DNA from: Lama guanicoe
Lineage: Eukaryota
Length of the DNA: 64,000 nt
Assembly: GCA_013239625.1 (NCBI GenBank)
Contig: MU053652.1
Location: 3,647,902-3,711,901 of the forward strand
Direction of reading: 5' to 3'
In this document: positions 1-13,940 of the stretch, one piece after another
How the letters are laid out: each line of letters begins with the position of its first letter
Numbering within the stretch: the stretch's first letter is position 1
Translations under genes and position numbers: made by a program
The notes under the pieces: generated by a model
The model's database searches: none
Told to the model about the DNA's origin: nothing
The model's input: the letters and a program-made list of their open reading frames with translations, nothing else

Positions 1-3000
1 AGGTATTATGTATCAAAGTAAGTAAGAGATAGTCCTTGCATGTATAATTATTATTAATGTTGTAGATTATGCATTTTCTTTTTAGTATTAGGCAAAATGT
101 TTCTTTTTCCTTGTGTTGTGTTTTTTATCTTGTACACTTTTCAAGGTTTCTTGGACTATAAAATCTTAGTTGAGGTAATATAAATAGAAAATTAGATACA
201 GTCTGTGCCTTGTTTGTGTTACCTCAGAAGCAATTGGGTTACTACTCAGCTTAGTGAATGTAAATTTAGTTTTGTCCAAATGGTGCCAGTATAACTTTGG
301 TTATCTGGATATTGCTTTTTAATCAGTTAACTTTCTATTGTGTAGGCAGTTCTGAAAGGTTGATTAATTAAAAAATTTGGGTAAACATTTTCATTGTAGT
401 GTCTTATCTGCAGAAGATTGATTCAGTTAGAATTCTGTCTGTAAGAATTCACCAGGTGTGATATAGTTAGATATATTGTTTTATGGTCTTTTAGCCTACT
501 GAATGTTAGTACCCTTTTGCTAATCTATTTATATAAATCTGTAAATAAATTAGTAAATGTCTTTTTGGCAACAGAGCTTGAAAACTATATCACACTGTTT
601 GTTTCACTCCGAAGGAAAGAAACTGGATTTACTTTTTTCCATTAACAAATGGTCACTTTTATATAACCTTGAGGGTCCCCCAACTGGGAATTGGTGCTTG
701 GTCAGGTCACTAATCCAGACTAAAGCTCCTACAATGAAATCATTCTGTGATGTAGAACTTGGACATTTTGGATTTTTTTTTTACAAATTATATTTACATT
801 GAAATGGATGAACACAGGAGGGAAATGTATTTTAAATGCTTCTGGCATTTTCTGACAAGAGGAGTTAAAACTTTAGCTCTTTATCTTAACTTGGTGGCTG
901 ATCTCAATGTTGCTTTAGAGTATATTTGAGTAAATATATTGAAATGTGGAACATAATTTATGTTTGATAACAGAATCACTGATGTTGGCAACATAATTTG
1001 ACATCATTAGCATCTGTCTTTTTTTTTTTTCTAATGATTTTAGCATCTTACCAACTAATTCATTCAATTCCCCACAGCCACCATCTTGATAATAAGCAGG
1101 GAAAAAAACCCCTCCATTTCACCTTTCTGTTCATTTGTATCCTTAGAGATTAGAAAAACAAAAACAAAATACTTTTAAGTCAGATTTGTTTTATGAGTGG
1201 CAGAGGAGAGGAAGTAGACCTTTGAGTGTGTTCTTTTGGTCTGATTATCTGGATTGCTTCCCATTTCTCCTGGGGGTAAGGAAAGGCTGCTCTTGAATGC
1301 TGTCTTTGATTGTCAGTTGACACACATTTGAGTATACCTGTATTGAGTCATTCACCCTTTTGTGAACACTCACTTGCTTTTATGTTTTCTTTCTACAGGC
1401 TCTTGGATTAGAACAGTTAGATACCAGATTCTGTCTGTCTTTGAGTAATTAATGTGGCTTTTCCTTTGAGATTTAGCCAATAGTTTTATAACATGTTAAC
1501 CATAATATATCAGGAAGACTATTGGTAGCTCATAAAGACTAATTTCATTTCATATATTTCAGTCTATATGTCTGTTTTCTATTAGTGTGCCTAGCTTATA
1601 CTTTGACTAATTTCTAGAAATCCAACAAGAGAATTAAATTTACTGGCAGGAAAGTACACAAGTAAACCTTTAGATAGAAGGTATTTCCAGATCCTTTACA
1701 GTATCTTATATTCAAGCTTAATTAAAAAAAAAAGATTCTTTTTTTTAGAAGATTGAAAGTCAAGAGTCTACTTGGCCTATTTCACTTTGTGCAGTTTGGC
1801 AATTATTTGTCCAACTTACTTATGCTAAAACTGTATAGTTGTTTACAACTTTGATATACATTCTCTGAATATAAAAATAGGCTATGCCTTAGATTTGCCT
1901 TAACTCTGTTCAGTAAAGTGAGACATGATGGAACTTGGCACCTGAATTTAATGTTCTTAAACTTATAAAGTCCTGATCTCTCCTTGGTTTTGGGTTTTTT
2001 AAGCCACTTTTATATAATCTGGCCAATGTTTCTGAGATTCAAAGCTGCTAAATGACTGTATTTCCTTTCAGTCCTCAATGTAGGAAGTCTAGAGATCTCT
2101 ACCACCCAGCATCCTCGTGTGCTCCTCAGGCAAGTTAAATGGGAGTAGTCCCCTGCCCCGCGGGCGTTTATTCCCGGGATTAAGTTTTAGCCCTTTTGCA
2201 TCTTGTAATTCAAAGAATGACTAATGGAATACAATGTCTACGTGTGCTTTTTTTCATTTTTTGGGGGGTGACCTGGTATATATGCTCAAGCCTTCAAACT
2301 GGATTATCTTAATTGACAGAGATACATGTCTTATCTTTCTATTCGCTTAATGGGGAATAGAGTTAGAAATCCTGTTTTTTATAGTCAGAAATTAGTGTAT
2401 GACTTACGCTTTTTTGTTTGTTTTTTCTTCTGTTTTATTAGGTAGAATTATTACAGTTCGACTGCACATACACATTATGTTTCATGTGAATACATATATG
2501 CAATATACTGCACATTTTTAACTTATGCTTTTAAATGGGGGCTTATTAATTCATTTGGATGAATTGGATAAAATGATGATTTTAGTCTGTCACTTCTGGC
2601 TGTTTTATTTCTTAAATGTCATTCTTATAGTGTTTTGTCAGCTCTGATGAAGTTCTGATGAAATTTTTTTATTTGAAGTTAAATTTTAGTAGGTATTACG
2701 CTTTCATAAATTTTAGCATATTTTTCTACTTGGAGAAGATCTGGAATTCAGATAATAGTATTATACAGCAATGTTGCTTTCTGTATATAAGGGCTTCTTG
2801 AATTGAAATTAATAATTGTGTTATTCATAGGCAGTATTGTTTGTGACCTTAAGTAACGATTTGAGAAATACTAACACTTGGCTATAAGTGCTTTAGATTT
2901 AGAAAGTAAATTCTGGTAACTTTGTTTTTACTATTGATAGGCAAAATAGAAGCCAAAGTTGAAATAAGGAGTCTGCTTTTCATCTGTGATTTATAAGATC

Positions 3001-3899
3001 AGTTTTGCTACTTTGTAGTCACATTTGTTATGTGAAAAATAGAATTAAAACAGTATGCTGTAGTTAATCTGATTTTATGAATGTGTCATAAAGAAAAAAT
3101 CAAAATGACTTAGTAGGTTTTAACATAAATGTTCTGATATCTCTTTACAATGATAGATTAGATAGTATTGCATTTTGTATTCTTGTCATGTCAGAATTGT
3201 ATGTGCCCTACCAGTAATTTTGAAACAAAGTAAGCCTTGTAAAAGTGCCTGGTTTATAGAAGTTTTTATCAGGCTAGAATGGCAGCATGCTGTTCCTTTC
3301 AAAATTTTGTGTTATTAATTACTTAAATTATATTTTGTTTTTTTAAAAGGTAAACTTAGGGAGTGGGAGTATAATTGAGTAAAAGAATATGCCCAGAGCC
3401 AGGATAGGCTCCCATCAGTTTGAAACAGTTTAGTACTTAAAAATCTAAAATACTTTACCTTTGTGTCTTTTTTTTTTCCAGATCATATTTTTAATCTTGA
3501 TATAGAGGTATTTCTGTTATGAGACCACAAATGCATTACTAAAATATCTTGCATTCTGCAAATAATGAAGTGGAAATAATAGTGCTTAAAGATACCTGCA
3601 TGCCTTTTAATACTCTCTGGATACTTAAAATACATCTTTCAAAGAAAATTTAGTTGCCAATATTTTTGCTGATATTTAAACTGTCTATAGTGGATCAGTT
3701 TTGCTTTGTGTTATGGTAATTTTAATTATTAATCTCAAGACAGCCAAGCATGTACAGAAACTTTAGATCCTTAGTTTTTTAAAAATTGGGATGATTTTTG
3801 TAATAGAAGGCTTGGGATGTAAGCTGCCCTTTGCGTTTTCTTCTGTTTTTTGCCTTAATGTTTTGATAGTTTGTTTCTTTTTTTTTTTTTTCAGATAAA

Positions 3900-3980
3900 A
3901 TTTTTTTTTCTTTTAGAGGTACTGGGGATAGAACCCAGGACCTTATGCATGCTAAGCACACACTCTACCACTTACTCCCC
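3900..3980 (-). mobile_element. tRNA-derived SINE, Vic-1-like (camelid), short copy with damaged A box
   Basis: Minus strand reads GGGGAGTAAGTGGTAGAGTGTGTGCTTAGCATGCATAAGGTCCTGGGTTCTATCCCCAGTACCTCT plus an A tail. TSD CAGATAAA at 3892-3899 and 3981-3988. Similar to the copy at 20273. Confidence 0.85.
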
Positions 3981-3988
3981 CAGATAAA

Positions 3989-4670
3989 CTTTTAATTTTA
4001 GATTTACAGAAAAGTTGCAGAGATCATGCAAGGAGTTCTTGTACGTTATTTAGTTCTAATTATCCATATGTTGCTATTTTACAGTACTGTAGCATGTGTC
4101 AGAGCTGAAAAACCAACACTGATATGTTACTATAAACTGAACTCCAGGCTTTATTTCACCAGTTTTTCCATGAATGGGTGTTTTAGTTTGTTTGTTTTTT
4201 TCCTGTTCCAGGCTTCCAGGTAGGACACCACATTACAGTTATTGGTCATGTCTTCTGAGTAGTCTCTTTCTGGCAGTTTCTCACTTTCCTTACATGCATG
4301 ACCTTGACAGTTTAGGAGTACTGGTCAAGTATTTCTTGGACTGTTCAGTTACAGTTTATCTGATTCCTTCCCCCTCCATGACTAGACCTCATAATAGTGA
4401 GGTATTAAAATTTGGTCAAACTCGTTTTGGGTTTTTGGAAAGAATACCAAGTGCCCTTCTTAACACAAACGTGGGGGACATCTATGTCCTCATGACATCA
4501 TTGGTGATGTTAACTTTGGTTCACTTGGCGTAGGTGGCATTTACCAAGTTTCTCCACTGTAAAGTTACTGTTTTTCCTTTCTGAATTCTATTCTTTGGAA
4601 ACTAGTCACCAAGTGTAGCTGACACTCAAGGAGGCCAGAGGAGTTAAGTTCCACTTCCTGGAGGGAGTTA
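3989..4670 (-). mobile_element. old L1M (L1MB/L1MC-type) 3' end
   Basis: ttttagatttacagaaaagttgcag..., gatgttaactttggttcacttg... and tttctccactgtaaagttact resemble L1M 3' UTR consensus (antisense). Confidence 0.7.
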
Positions 4671-5919
4671 TTGTTACTGACTTTTGATTATAATGTAATA
4701 GTGTATTAATCTTAGTTATTAGTGGATTTTGTACAGAAGTTACATTTGATTTTGAATGAAATGCAAATTGACTCTGCCTTTTTTGAAATAGAAAGGGATG
4801 TAAATATATGAGGATGTGGTCTAGGAGCACACAGATTTGATGGGTTTGTTTAGCAATTTGCATGGCATATTTAACTTTCAATATTTGGCTGTTTTTAGAC
4901 TTGAAATAACATATTGTAAAAGTGAAGATAAACTTAGGATGAGTTGCGAAGGTTAAGAGCCTCATAACTCCAGGAATTCTATAATCTTGAAGAGTTTTTA
5001 GACCAGGAAGAGAACTTGGGGGGGGGTGATAAAATGCTATTACATTGTGCTATCTTGTTATTAACTAGTTATATGATTCACTTATAAAAGAAGAATATAT
5101 TCTTATCAGCTGTGAGTTCTAGTAAAGGGTCATTTCAGCCCATAGAAACATTTTATTCTGTTTTAAAAGAGTGTATTTTTCATCATTTTGGTATCTTAGC
5201 TTTTTTCTTTTTAGCAGTTCTAGTTCTAGTTTCAGTGAAAATCTTGATATAATTGTAGTTGGAGGTTTTAACCAGAAATTCAATTATTATAAGAAGATTA
5301 ACTGTATAGAACTTCACTTTTTCTTGACTTGAGAATTTTCTAAGCAGTTGAAGCTTACTCCTTTAAATGAGAAAACTTGTTTACTTTGACAGTTTTTGGT
5401 ATATTTTTATTTTGGCTGTGTTTTGTTTTTGTTTTTGTTTTGCTGTTTTCTCCTTTCTCCCTGGGAATAATACTGATTTTCATATGATGAAAGTTTTAAA
5501 GTATGTACAATACATTGGTTTCTCGATCAGGGTATATTTATAGTTAAGGTTATTGGGTAAGTGACCTCTGGAAAAGTAATAGTGGGATGTTAAAATTTGG
5601 CCAGACCCATTTGGTTTCTAGGTGAAAAAGTTAAGCCAAAGTATTTATCTCTCAGAGGCTTCTTTGAAAATAGTGAGAAAGGTAGAAATTGAATGTTAAT
5701 GGCAAATACCTTGCTAGTTATAAATATAGTGGTAATACATTCTTTTAAGATTGTAGAGAGTAGTTCAAAATTTGATATCAACTTTTGGGGACACCTGGGC
5801 ATTCGTGTGATATGTAAGTCAGAAGTGTTTGTAACCAACTGTTTATTGGTTTAGTAACCCTGCTGGTGCATTTTTAGACCTTTGACCTTAAATAATGCAA
5901 GCACCTGGATGTCATGTGG

Positions 5920-6035
5920 GTGCTAAGAGTCAGTAGTGTGGATCTTAGCTCCATCTTACTGGCTTAATGACTCTGGGCAGATGTTCAGCTGGTTCTTTTG
6001 TACCAGTTTCCTTTGCTCATTTTCTTAAAGTTTGA
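5920..6035 (+). mobile_element. MIR fragment
   Basis: Degenerate core: cttactggcttaatgactctgggcag...cagtttcct. Confidence 0.45.
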
Positions 6036-6074
6036 GTTCCCTAGAGGGCCTTTTTTTTTTTTTAAATCAAGTCT

Positions 6075-6645
6075 TTTTTTTTTTAAGAGCAGTTTTAGGT
6101 TCACAGCAAAACTGAAGAGAAGGTACAAAGATTACCCTTATTCCTTGCACCTACTCATGGACAGCCTCCTCTCTTATCAACATCCCCCACCAGAGTGGGG
6201 CATTTGTTAACAGCTGGTGGACCTACACTGACATTATCACCTAGAGTCCACAATTTACCTTAGCATGTACTCTTAATGTTGTGTATCTGTGGTTTTGGAC
6301 ATATGTATAATAACACGTACCCATCATTGTATCATTCAGAGTATTTTCACTGTCCTAAAAACTCTCTGTGCTCCACCTATTCATTCCTCACCACCCCACC
6401 CCTGGTGAGTACTGATATTTTTACTGTCTCTGTAGTTTTTACCTTTTCCAGAATCATGTAGTATGTGGCCTTTTCAGATTGTCCTCTTTCACTTGGTAAT
6501 ATGCATCCAAGTTTCCTTCCTTCCTTGTTTGTTTGGTTTTTGGTGGGTTTTTTTTTTTCTTTTTGGCTCAATAACTCATTTCTTTTTAGAGCCAAATAAT
6601 AATTCATTGTCTGGATGTACCATAGTTTGTTTAACCATTTACCTT
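6075..6645 (-). mobile_element. L1MC1/L1MB-like 3' end
   Basis: agagcagttttaggttcacagcaaaactga 3' terminus. The ORF-track peptide 6377..6655 (WLNKLWYIQTMNYYLALKRNE) is an L1 ORF2 C-terminal remnant. Confidence 0.8.
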
Positions 6646-7927
6646 TGTAAGCCATTTTTAGTGAAAAGAGCTAATAACTCTTCAATAGTTTATCATTTTT
6701 CTAGATTTGCCTTTATACTTTTTCTCTTAGTAGCAGGTAGCTGAATTTTATACTGCTGGCCCATTCTGTCCTCAGTTATACCTTTCTTGTCCCCTGATAC
6801 TTGTTCTGTAATGTGCTACTTTTCATTCTAATATATTTCACATTTATTCTGGTAGAATCATTGCTTGGAAATGTTATGACTCTCTTTATATGAGTAAAAA
6901 ATCTAAACTACACAAATTGGTTGAAAGTGCTGAAATCATAGACTTAAGTCCTTCTAGTAATGAGTCTGGACAGCTTTTCTCATGCTTTTGTCCCTTACAG
7001 CACATACATAGCTTTGCATGTGAAGCAGGTGCTCAGGAAGCACCTGTTAAATGAATTTTGATGAATAATATACCACAGGTTTCCACCAAGTCCTTGGATC
7101 AGTTTTAGATTAAACTTTGTTTCTATGTAGAAACAATATGGAAATTATGTAGGAGAGAGGCAGATCTTCCTCAAATGATGGGGGCTTTATTCTTTATATG
7201 CAGATGCCATTTGCCATTTCATGTACACTGTTCATTTTTCCACATGTAACATGTGCATTTGTGTTCTGAAATTGTCCTAAATGCTAATACTTTAGTTTAT
7301 CAAATGTCATTTTCAGATGAGTTCTTTTCAAAGATTCTTTGATTGCTGGTTTTATTTAAGATGAAAATAAATGATTAAGGTTGGGGGCTGGGGAAAGAAA
7401 CAGCTGAAACTTCTATTACTTGTGAAATAGAATACTCATCAGAAATCATATTGCTAATTAGTACTCAATTTTGTACTTTGCAAAATGTTTCAAGTTCCCC
7501 CTTACAAGTTAGTGGTTCTGAAGGTGACTTTTACTGGCTTAATATTTGATACTGTGAACATGTTGGTCTGCTCAGGATTTCATTGAAGACCTTTCTTTAT
7601 TTTGTGTTTGTTTTTACTTTTTACCCAGACTCTGTGAGGAAAGGGATTTTATTAAAGAAATACTTTAACAGCTCACATCTGCTATAAAAATTATATGTGA
7701 CCTATTTTTAGTTACTCAGAATAATGGGAGAGGTAGTTTGTAATAGCCAGATATTTAAAATCTCATTTTACAGATGCAAAACTTGAGGTTTAGTAATATA
7801 CTTAAACTGTATATACACATGAGTATACGTTTTACTTTCTGTGTGTGTGCACAGGCTGTTAGGAAAGAAGAATTGTTTGCTCCTTAGGCTATTGGTTAAG
7901 TTCTTCAATCATTTGAACCTTCTAGCA

Positions 7928-9194
7928 CAAAGGTTCCAGAAAATGTTGCCTGCAGACCCCTGGGGATCCCCAGGAAACTTTCAGGGGGACTATAAAGTCA
8001 AAATTAACTTCATAGTTAACATTAATTAATTTTTTTTGGCTGTATTAACTTTGTGCTGGTGGTACAAAACCAAAACCAACCAATGGATAAAACTGTTGAT
8101 GCCTTAGCACACCAAAACCATGTTAGTAGTCATCATATTCTTCACCACCACACACCTACAGCTTTTTAAAAAGGCAGTTTCACTTGAACATGCTCTTGAA
8201 AACAAGTAAACACAATGAATTTTGTCTCTTGAGTACATGTCTCTTTAATATTCTGCGTGAGAAAATAGGAAGCATCTTTCCTGCCTACTGAAAACATGGT
8301 GGTGTTTTCTAGAAAAAGCACTTAGGTGATTTGCCAACCAAACTAGCTGGTTTTTTTTAAGGAACGCCTTTTGTACTTGAAAGTATGACTGACAAACTGT
8401 GGTTATTCAGACTTAGATGTTTGGCAGACATTTTCTCAGAAACCAACAAAGTGAGCCCTTCACTCCAAGGAAAGCTGATAATACATGTTGCCAGTGATAA
8501 AATACAAGCTTTAAAGTGACAGTCAGATTTGGGGAAAACTTGTATCTGCTGCCACATGCTTGACAGTTGTCTAATACGTAGACATTTCCAATGAGGTCAA
8601 TGGTGATATTAATGTGATTTTTTGATATTATGTGATGAAATATGTCAGCATTTGGAAGATCTATATAAATTAGTGAACCAGTATTTTCTAAATGGCCAGT
8701 GCATGATAAAAAATTGTGCTTAGGTGAAAGAGCCATTTGAAGTGCAAAGTAGACCAGTGGATTTTAATGTAACAGGATGAAAATTTCACTGGAATAATTT
8801 AGGAAACTACCACTTTTCTAGTTTTGGTGTAATATTAATGAAGAATGTCCAAAATTATCTGAAAAGCCCATTAAATTACTCTTTTCTGACTACATTCAAA
8901 ACATACTATGCCAGGTTGAATTTAGAAGGATATTTGAGACTGCAGCTCTATTAAGGCTTCTATTAAGCCAAACATTAAAGAGAGTTGGTAAATTGTTTTT
9001 CATTTTAGAAATTAGTTATTTTTCATAAAAATATGTTAACATGCATAAGATTTATTAGTATTTTTAAACAAATTACTGTCTTAAAATTTTTAAATTGTAA
9101 AAATTGATAAATATTTCCACATAAAAAAGCTCCTTAGGGTCATCAGTTCTTTAAGTGTAAGGGGTACTGAGACCAAAAGATTTAAGAACTGCTA
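7928..9194. mobile_element. hAT-Charlie DNA transposon (Charlie1-like, non-autonomous) with both termini
   Basis: Left end caaaggttccagaaaatg...cagacccctggggatcccc...tttcagggggactataaagtcaaaa and right end gtgtaaggggtactgagaccaaaagatttaagaactgcta match recalled Charlie1 ends. Flanks ttctagca / ctctgaca resemble a decayed 8-bp TSD. Confidence 0.8.
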
Positions 9195-9430
9195 CTCTGA
9201 CAAATGTGTGTCGATAGAGAAGTTGTCATTTTGTTTCAAAGTCTAGGATGTACTTTATTTGTACCTAGCATAATGTTGGCATAATGGCAGGTTTTTTAAT
9301 AAAATACTTGAATCAGATTGAATTGAATTATGTAGTACACCATGTAAATACACATTTAGCCAAGAAGGGAAATTGGTGTTGTGCAAAGATGGCAAATGTT
9401 TCTATGTTAGTAAATAATGTCAGGCTTACA

Positions 9431-9564
9431 CCATATTTCATAGATTCTAAGACATTTTTCCCCTTAACATCTTCGAAACTGGGATGCCTTAGAATTGATG
9501 GTGAGTCAGTTTGATTGTCAGCTTTTTTTTTTCCTTGGTGTGTCATTAATGTGATGAAATAAGG
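9431..9564. mobile_element. MER104-like TcMar-Tc2 MITE
   Basis: Terminal inverted repeats ccatatttcat / atgaaataagg (10/11 match). Internal ttaacatcttcgaaactgggatg resembles recalled MER104. Confidence 0.7.
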
Positions 9565-10859
9565 TGGCACTTCTTGTGTGAAGATGAGGAAGAAACACAT
9601 TGGATAGCAGTTTACTACTTGGGCTACAGGATATGCTGCATTAAATGTTTTTATCAGGCACTGAGTTGACTGTGGGCAGTTGACAATGGGTCCGTTGTTA
9701 GAATATTCATAAAGCAGTTACCTCTTTATTCCAAACTAGAAGACTAGACTCTAATGCTGGAATTCAGGCTTTTAAAATAAGATGTAAAACGTGATGTAAA
9801 TTTTAGGTTTTTATATGCAGAGCTTTTGTTTTCTATTTAATCATTTTGTTGGTGGGAACATAATGGTGAGTCTTGAGTTATTCCCATTTCTGTTGTAAAG
9901 CAGGCTTTGATAGGTTTTACTGTGTAACTCTTAGAAAATGAATGAGAAGGGAGCAGAATTAAAATTTTTTTAAAATTTATTTTAATTAAAAAGTTTAAAA
10001 TCTGTTAATACTTCACTGAAGCTTGAGGAATCCACAGGTTTTCTTTTGGCATCTGTTATTCTTAATCTGAGCATTATTGATATTTATTCTGCATGGTTTT
10101 ATGAGGACCTGGGAGGTACAGATGCTCATTTTTTCATCTCTAGAGCTTTCTCTGTTCTCTTGAATAGGGCTATTAAAAGATAAGTTACTGCGTTCTGTTA
10201 TTAACCTTGTGCCTCTGTTTAATTCTGTCTAAAAATGAATAGGACCATAACATGATGATAGAAAGATACTGTACAAACAAATTACATAGTCACCCTTAAA
10301 AATAAGCTTAGAAAGAGGATAGTAGCTTGGTAAAGTAAGGAGCTGAGCCTATTAGAAAAGGATTCTGGAGGAAGCTGAATGTCATAGAGACAAGAAGTAA
10401 ATAAGCAAAAGGGCACCTGTGGGGATGGGAGGTGGTTGATGGCCTAGACTGATGAAAGGATCCGAGGTTGTAAATTAGTCACTGTAAGTATGTGCACACT
10501 CGAGTATAGTGTGTGTGACCAAGATTATGTGGGTTGCTATAAGGTAAATAGGCCGAGCTTTTTGCTATTTGTCATCTAATGGACACCAGTAGGTTCACAC
10601 CTGATATTAGCTGGAGGTATGATCTCTCATCCTTAGTCAACCAAAGAAGGACTCTTGGTAAAGAATTTACTCACGTAGGTTGTTGAAACCTGATCGTGGC
10701 AGGTTGGCAGGGTTTTAATGGTGTTAATAGAAGGGAATGCATAGATTTTATGGCATGTTATATATGAGAATGATTAAGATCATATTTTTAAATGCATATA
10801 CTTTTCCAGGTAGTTTTGAAAAGTGAAATATAGTGGAATGACCATAGGCTTTAGTGACG

Positions 10860-11010
10860 TATTTGGATTTGCATCTGCGTTTTATTTCCTCATCCAAAAA
10901 ATGAAGAAAATACCACATTATAGGATTACTTGAAGGATTATTTGAAATAATGTATGTGAATACATTTACTATGTATTTGTTTAGTGGATAGCTCAGGAGT
11001 TGTAGTTGGC
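10860..11010 (+). mobile_element. MIR fragment
   Basis: tttcctcatccaaaaaatgaag...ggattatttgaaataatgtatgtgaa resembles the MIR core and 3' part. Confidence 0.6.
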
Positions 11011-11044
11011 TGTTAATAACAGATCTGAAATAATGTAGCTGTAG

Positions 11045-11452
11045 CATGGAGTTAGTAGGTAGGCAGATAAGGGCAAGTTTGATATTGTCAGGGACCCAGA
11101 TGCCTTCTGTTTTTTTACCCAGCCATCGTTAGGGTATGGCTTACTTTCCTAAAGAGGTTGCTCCTACCATCATGTTAATGTTACATTCAGGAGGAGGAAG
11201 AAAGGGCGATGAGTAAGGCAAAGGGATAAGAACTGGTGAAGACTCCCCCATCTCTGACTAAGGAGCTTTTCCGAGCGTCTCTCCCTACAGGTTCACTGAC
11301 ATCCTGGGCAGGAAATGTTGACTGGCCAATCTTACCTGCAGGAGAGGCTGGGAAACATTGCTTTCTGACTGCCTTTAATAAAATCAGAATTTTACTAGTA
11401 AGAAAGAAGAGATAATAGGTATTGGGTTGGGTAACCAGCAATGTCTGCCACA
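11045..11452 (-). mobile_element. MLT1 (MaLR) solo LTR, MLT1J-like
   Basis: cagggacccag...ggagaggctgggaaa...ggtaaccagcaatgtctgccaca; the minus strand begins TGTGGCAGA as in MLT1J-type LTRs. Confidence 0.7.
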
Positions 11453-13888
11453 GTGAATTTTTTTTAATACATATTTGGGGGTATTATCATTTAGGCTTGG
11501 TTTCCCATGCCTTGAATCTTGATTCACAAAATTTATCTCTTACCTTTATTCCATGTCTTTTAGGTTCTGCTTTGCTTGGGGACTGGGCTTACAGCGTAAA
11601 ATTATTTATTTGGGCATTAAGGGAGAAGAAAAACCATTAACTTGGCTTTTTTCATATATAGTTTAGCTGGTATCTCCAGACTTTCACTCAGAGGACATAA
11701 TTTGGGAGTTTGGTCATTTATGGGAGTTTGGTAGAGGAGAGGCAGCATGCTAGTGTGAAAAAAGACTGCCTGGAAGACCATCCAGAGTTCATGTCCTTGG
11801 CTCTGGTACTCAGTGCTGTGAGACCTTGTGCCTTTCACTACTTGGGTATCTGTTTCCTTACCTGTCAAACAAGGAGTTGGCTTATTAGCTCATTCTAAGT
11901 CTTTGCAACTTGAATATTTTTATTTTATCTGAAGACATTTTGCATATAACTCTTAGTGTGTATGTGTGGATGGGTGGATGGATAGATAGATAGAAAAAGA
12001 CTTTCACAGCCATGTGTTTACCTGGTGTTGCCTTCTAGGGAATAGAAAACAGAAAATAGATTTATAATACAAATTTAAAATCTTATTTTTTGTCAACTAT
12101 TTTTGCTGATATAGATAGTAAAAATAAACGTTTTGTAGTTTGTTACTTTCTTGGACTTTTTGAAGTTTGAAGTAGAAAGCATTGATATCTTCATTTCTGA
12201 CTTTGAAATATGGGAGTAGAATGTTGCTTCATATATAGAAACCTGTATTAATGTTAAATTTGGGTAGGAAAAGCCTCTGTCATATACCCTTTCATTTCTA
12301 GAGGTAGATCCCTGGATTAGTTGAAGTATAACGAAGTTTTAATTACTCAAATGCCATTCAATATTAAGTCATCACCTGCTTACCTGAGAATTCAAATGCT
12401 TTGTTTACCATATTTAGATCAAACTTTGACCAGCTCTATGAATGAAGCAGTTGTTACCATTATACAGATGATGGAATTAAGGCAAGATGTTATGGTTCTT
12501 GACTGATAATGGAGAACAGCCAAGTTAAGAATGTCTTCTGATTTTGTCTTGTAGGGGTGAGTTTATCTGTTCACTGTATATTTCAAGAGAGGGAATCTTG
12601 TGGATCCTTCATGTCTTGTTTCAGTTTTGTTTTTCATGTGGAGTATATTTTGAGAGGCAGTATGGTAGATGGGAGAAAGCCTGTGTTAGAATTCTTTTAA
12701 ACAATTCATGGAATTTCAAGTCAGTAAATTTCTTTCATCTGTATTTCCTGATCCGTGGTGTTAGGAACCAGACTTGAGAATGCATCCATGTTTTAGAACC
12801 AGTCCTGTCTAATATCAGTCACCTTAGATATTTGTAATTGATAATTGGGATATTTTTGCTAATAGATAAGAAAAAGATATATTATAAAGCCAAATTTTGG
12901 TAAAAGGATTGTTAGCTGGAAAGGTTGTGATTGAGAAAATTGGTTATCAGTTTGATGATTTTTCTAAATTAATGCATAATTTCTAATAACATAAAAGGGG
13001 TCTAAGTTTGTCCAGGCTGTTTTAAATTATAATTAGTAATGTTACATAATCAATTCTAGGTTGGCAGTAGTATTTACTGGTTAAAATATTGTGGTAGGCC
13101 TTTAATTGGCCATATTGTACATCTTTTTTGTTCAGCTGCCACATTTTTATGAGTAAAACTACAAAAGCATGTAAAACTTTATTTATTCTGAAAGTTAGTT
13201 GATAAGGGTAATTCAAATAGAATTGCATGATGTTGGCAATGTTAAGCTTTTTGCTTGACAAATAATGACTGGAAAATTTTCTTTATAGTTTACTATGAAA
13301 AATCTCAGATAGATAAACGTGGGAAGAATATAAGTAAATAGCTGTATACCTTCCCACTGTGTAGACTAAATAATAAATATTTTGCCATAATTGTTTCATC
13401 ATATATATTTTTAGTTGAACCATTTGTAAGTTGCAAAGATAATGACACTTCAGCTTAAATACTTTAACCTTCAGAGAGTCAGGGCTTTTCCTATATAACC
13501 ATAGTACCATTATCACAGAATATTAATAATAATTCCACTTATATAATATGATTTCCATAGAGGAAATATTCAAGTGATGATGTTAATTTATCTGTTTTCA
13601 GAGTAAGAAAGCGTATATTCTTACTCTTTGAACAGTTTAACACTATTAAAAAAGACAAAGTTAGTGCCAAAAGATAACTTTAAAACCAGTGCTATCCTAG
13701 TTGGGAAAATATTTTTCGCATAATAATAATTTATAAATTCAGCTTTAAATTAGTTTAAATTAGCTGTTACAGCTGCACATCTTTGAAAAATTTAGCAATT
13801 TATGTAGAATGCACTTGAAGTGTACCCATATTCATTGAATTTGTTTTTTAAAGCAAAGCGACCAAATGGAGCCTAGATCAGCATTCAT

Positions 13889-13940
13889 TGTGTGTGTGTA
13901 TGTGTGTGTACGCACACACACATACACACACATATATGTA
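13889..13940. repeat. (TG)n/(CA)n compound microsatellite forming an inverted repeat
   Basis: tgtgtgtgtgtatgtgtgtgtacgcacacacacatacacacacatatatgta read directly. Confidence 0.95.

Noticed and set aside
2420..2447. Polypyrimidine tract plus TAG|GTAGAA as a recursive splice site (similar AG|GT at about 3349, 16166 and 47601)
   Set aside because: The reconstituted donors are weak compared with AG|GTAAGT, and such words are expected by chance in T-rich introns.
2642..2662. Tandem CTGATGAA words resembling snoRNA C/D boxes
   Set aside because: Short direct repeat only; no terminal stem or correctly spaced D box seen.
8357..8736. ORFs inside the Charlie element as a possible domesticated transposase
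   Set aside because: Short, interrupted and with no recognisable intact hAT transposase frame.
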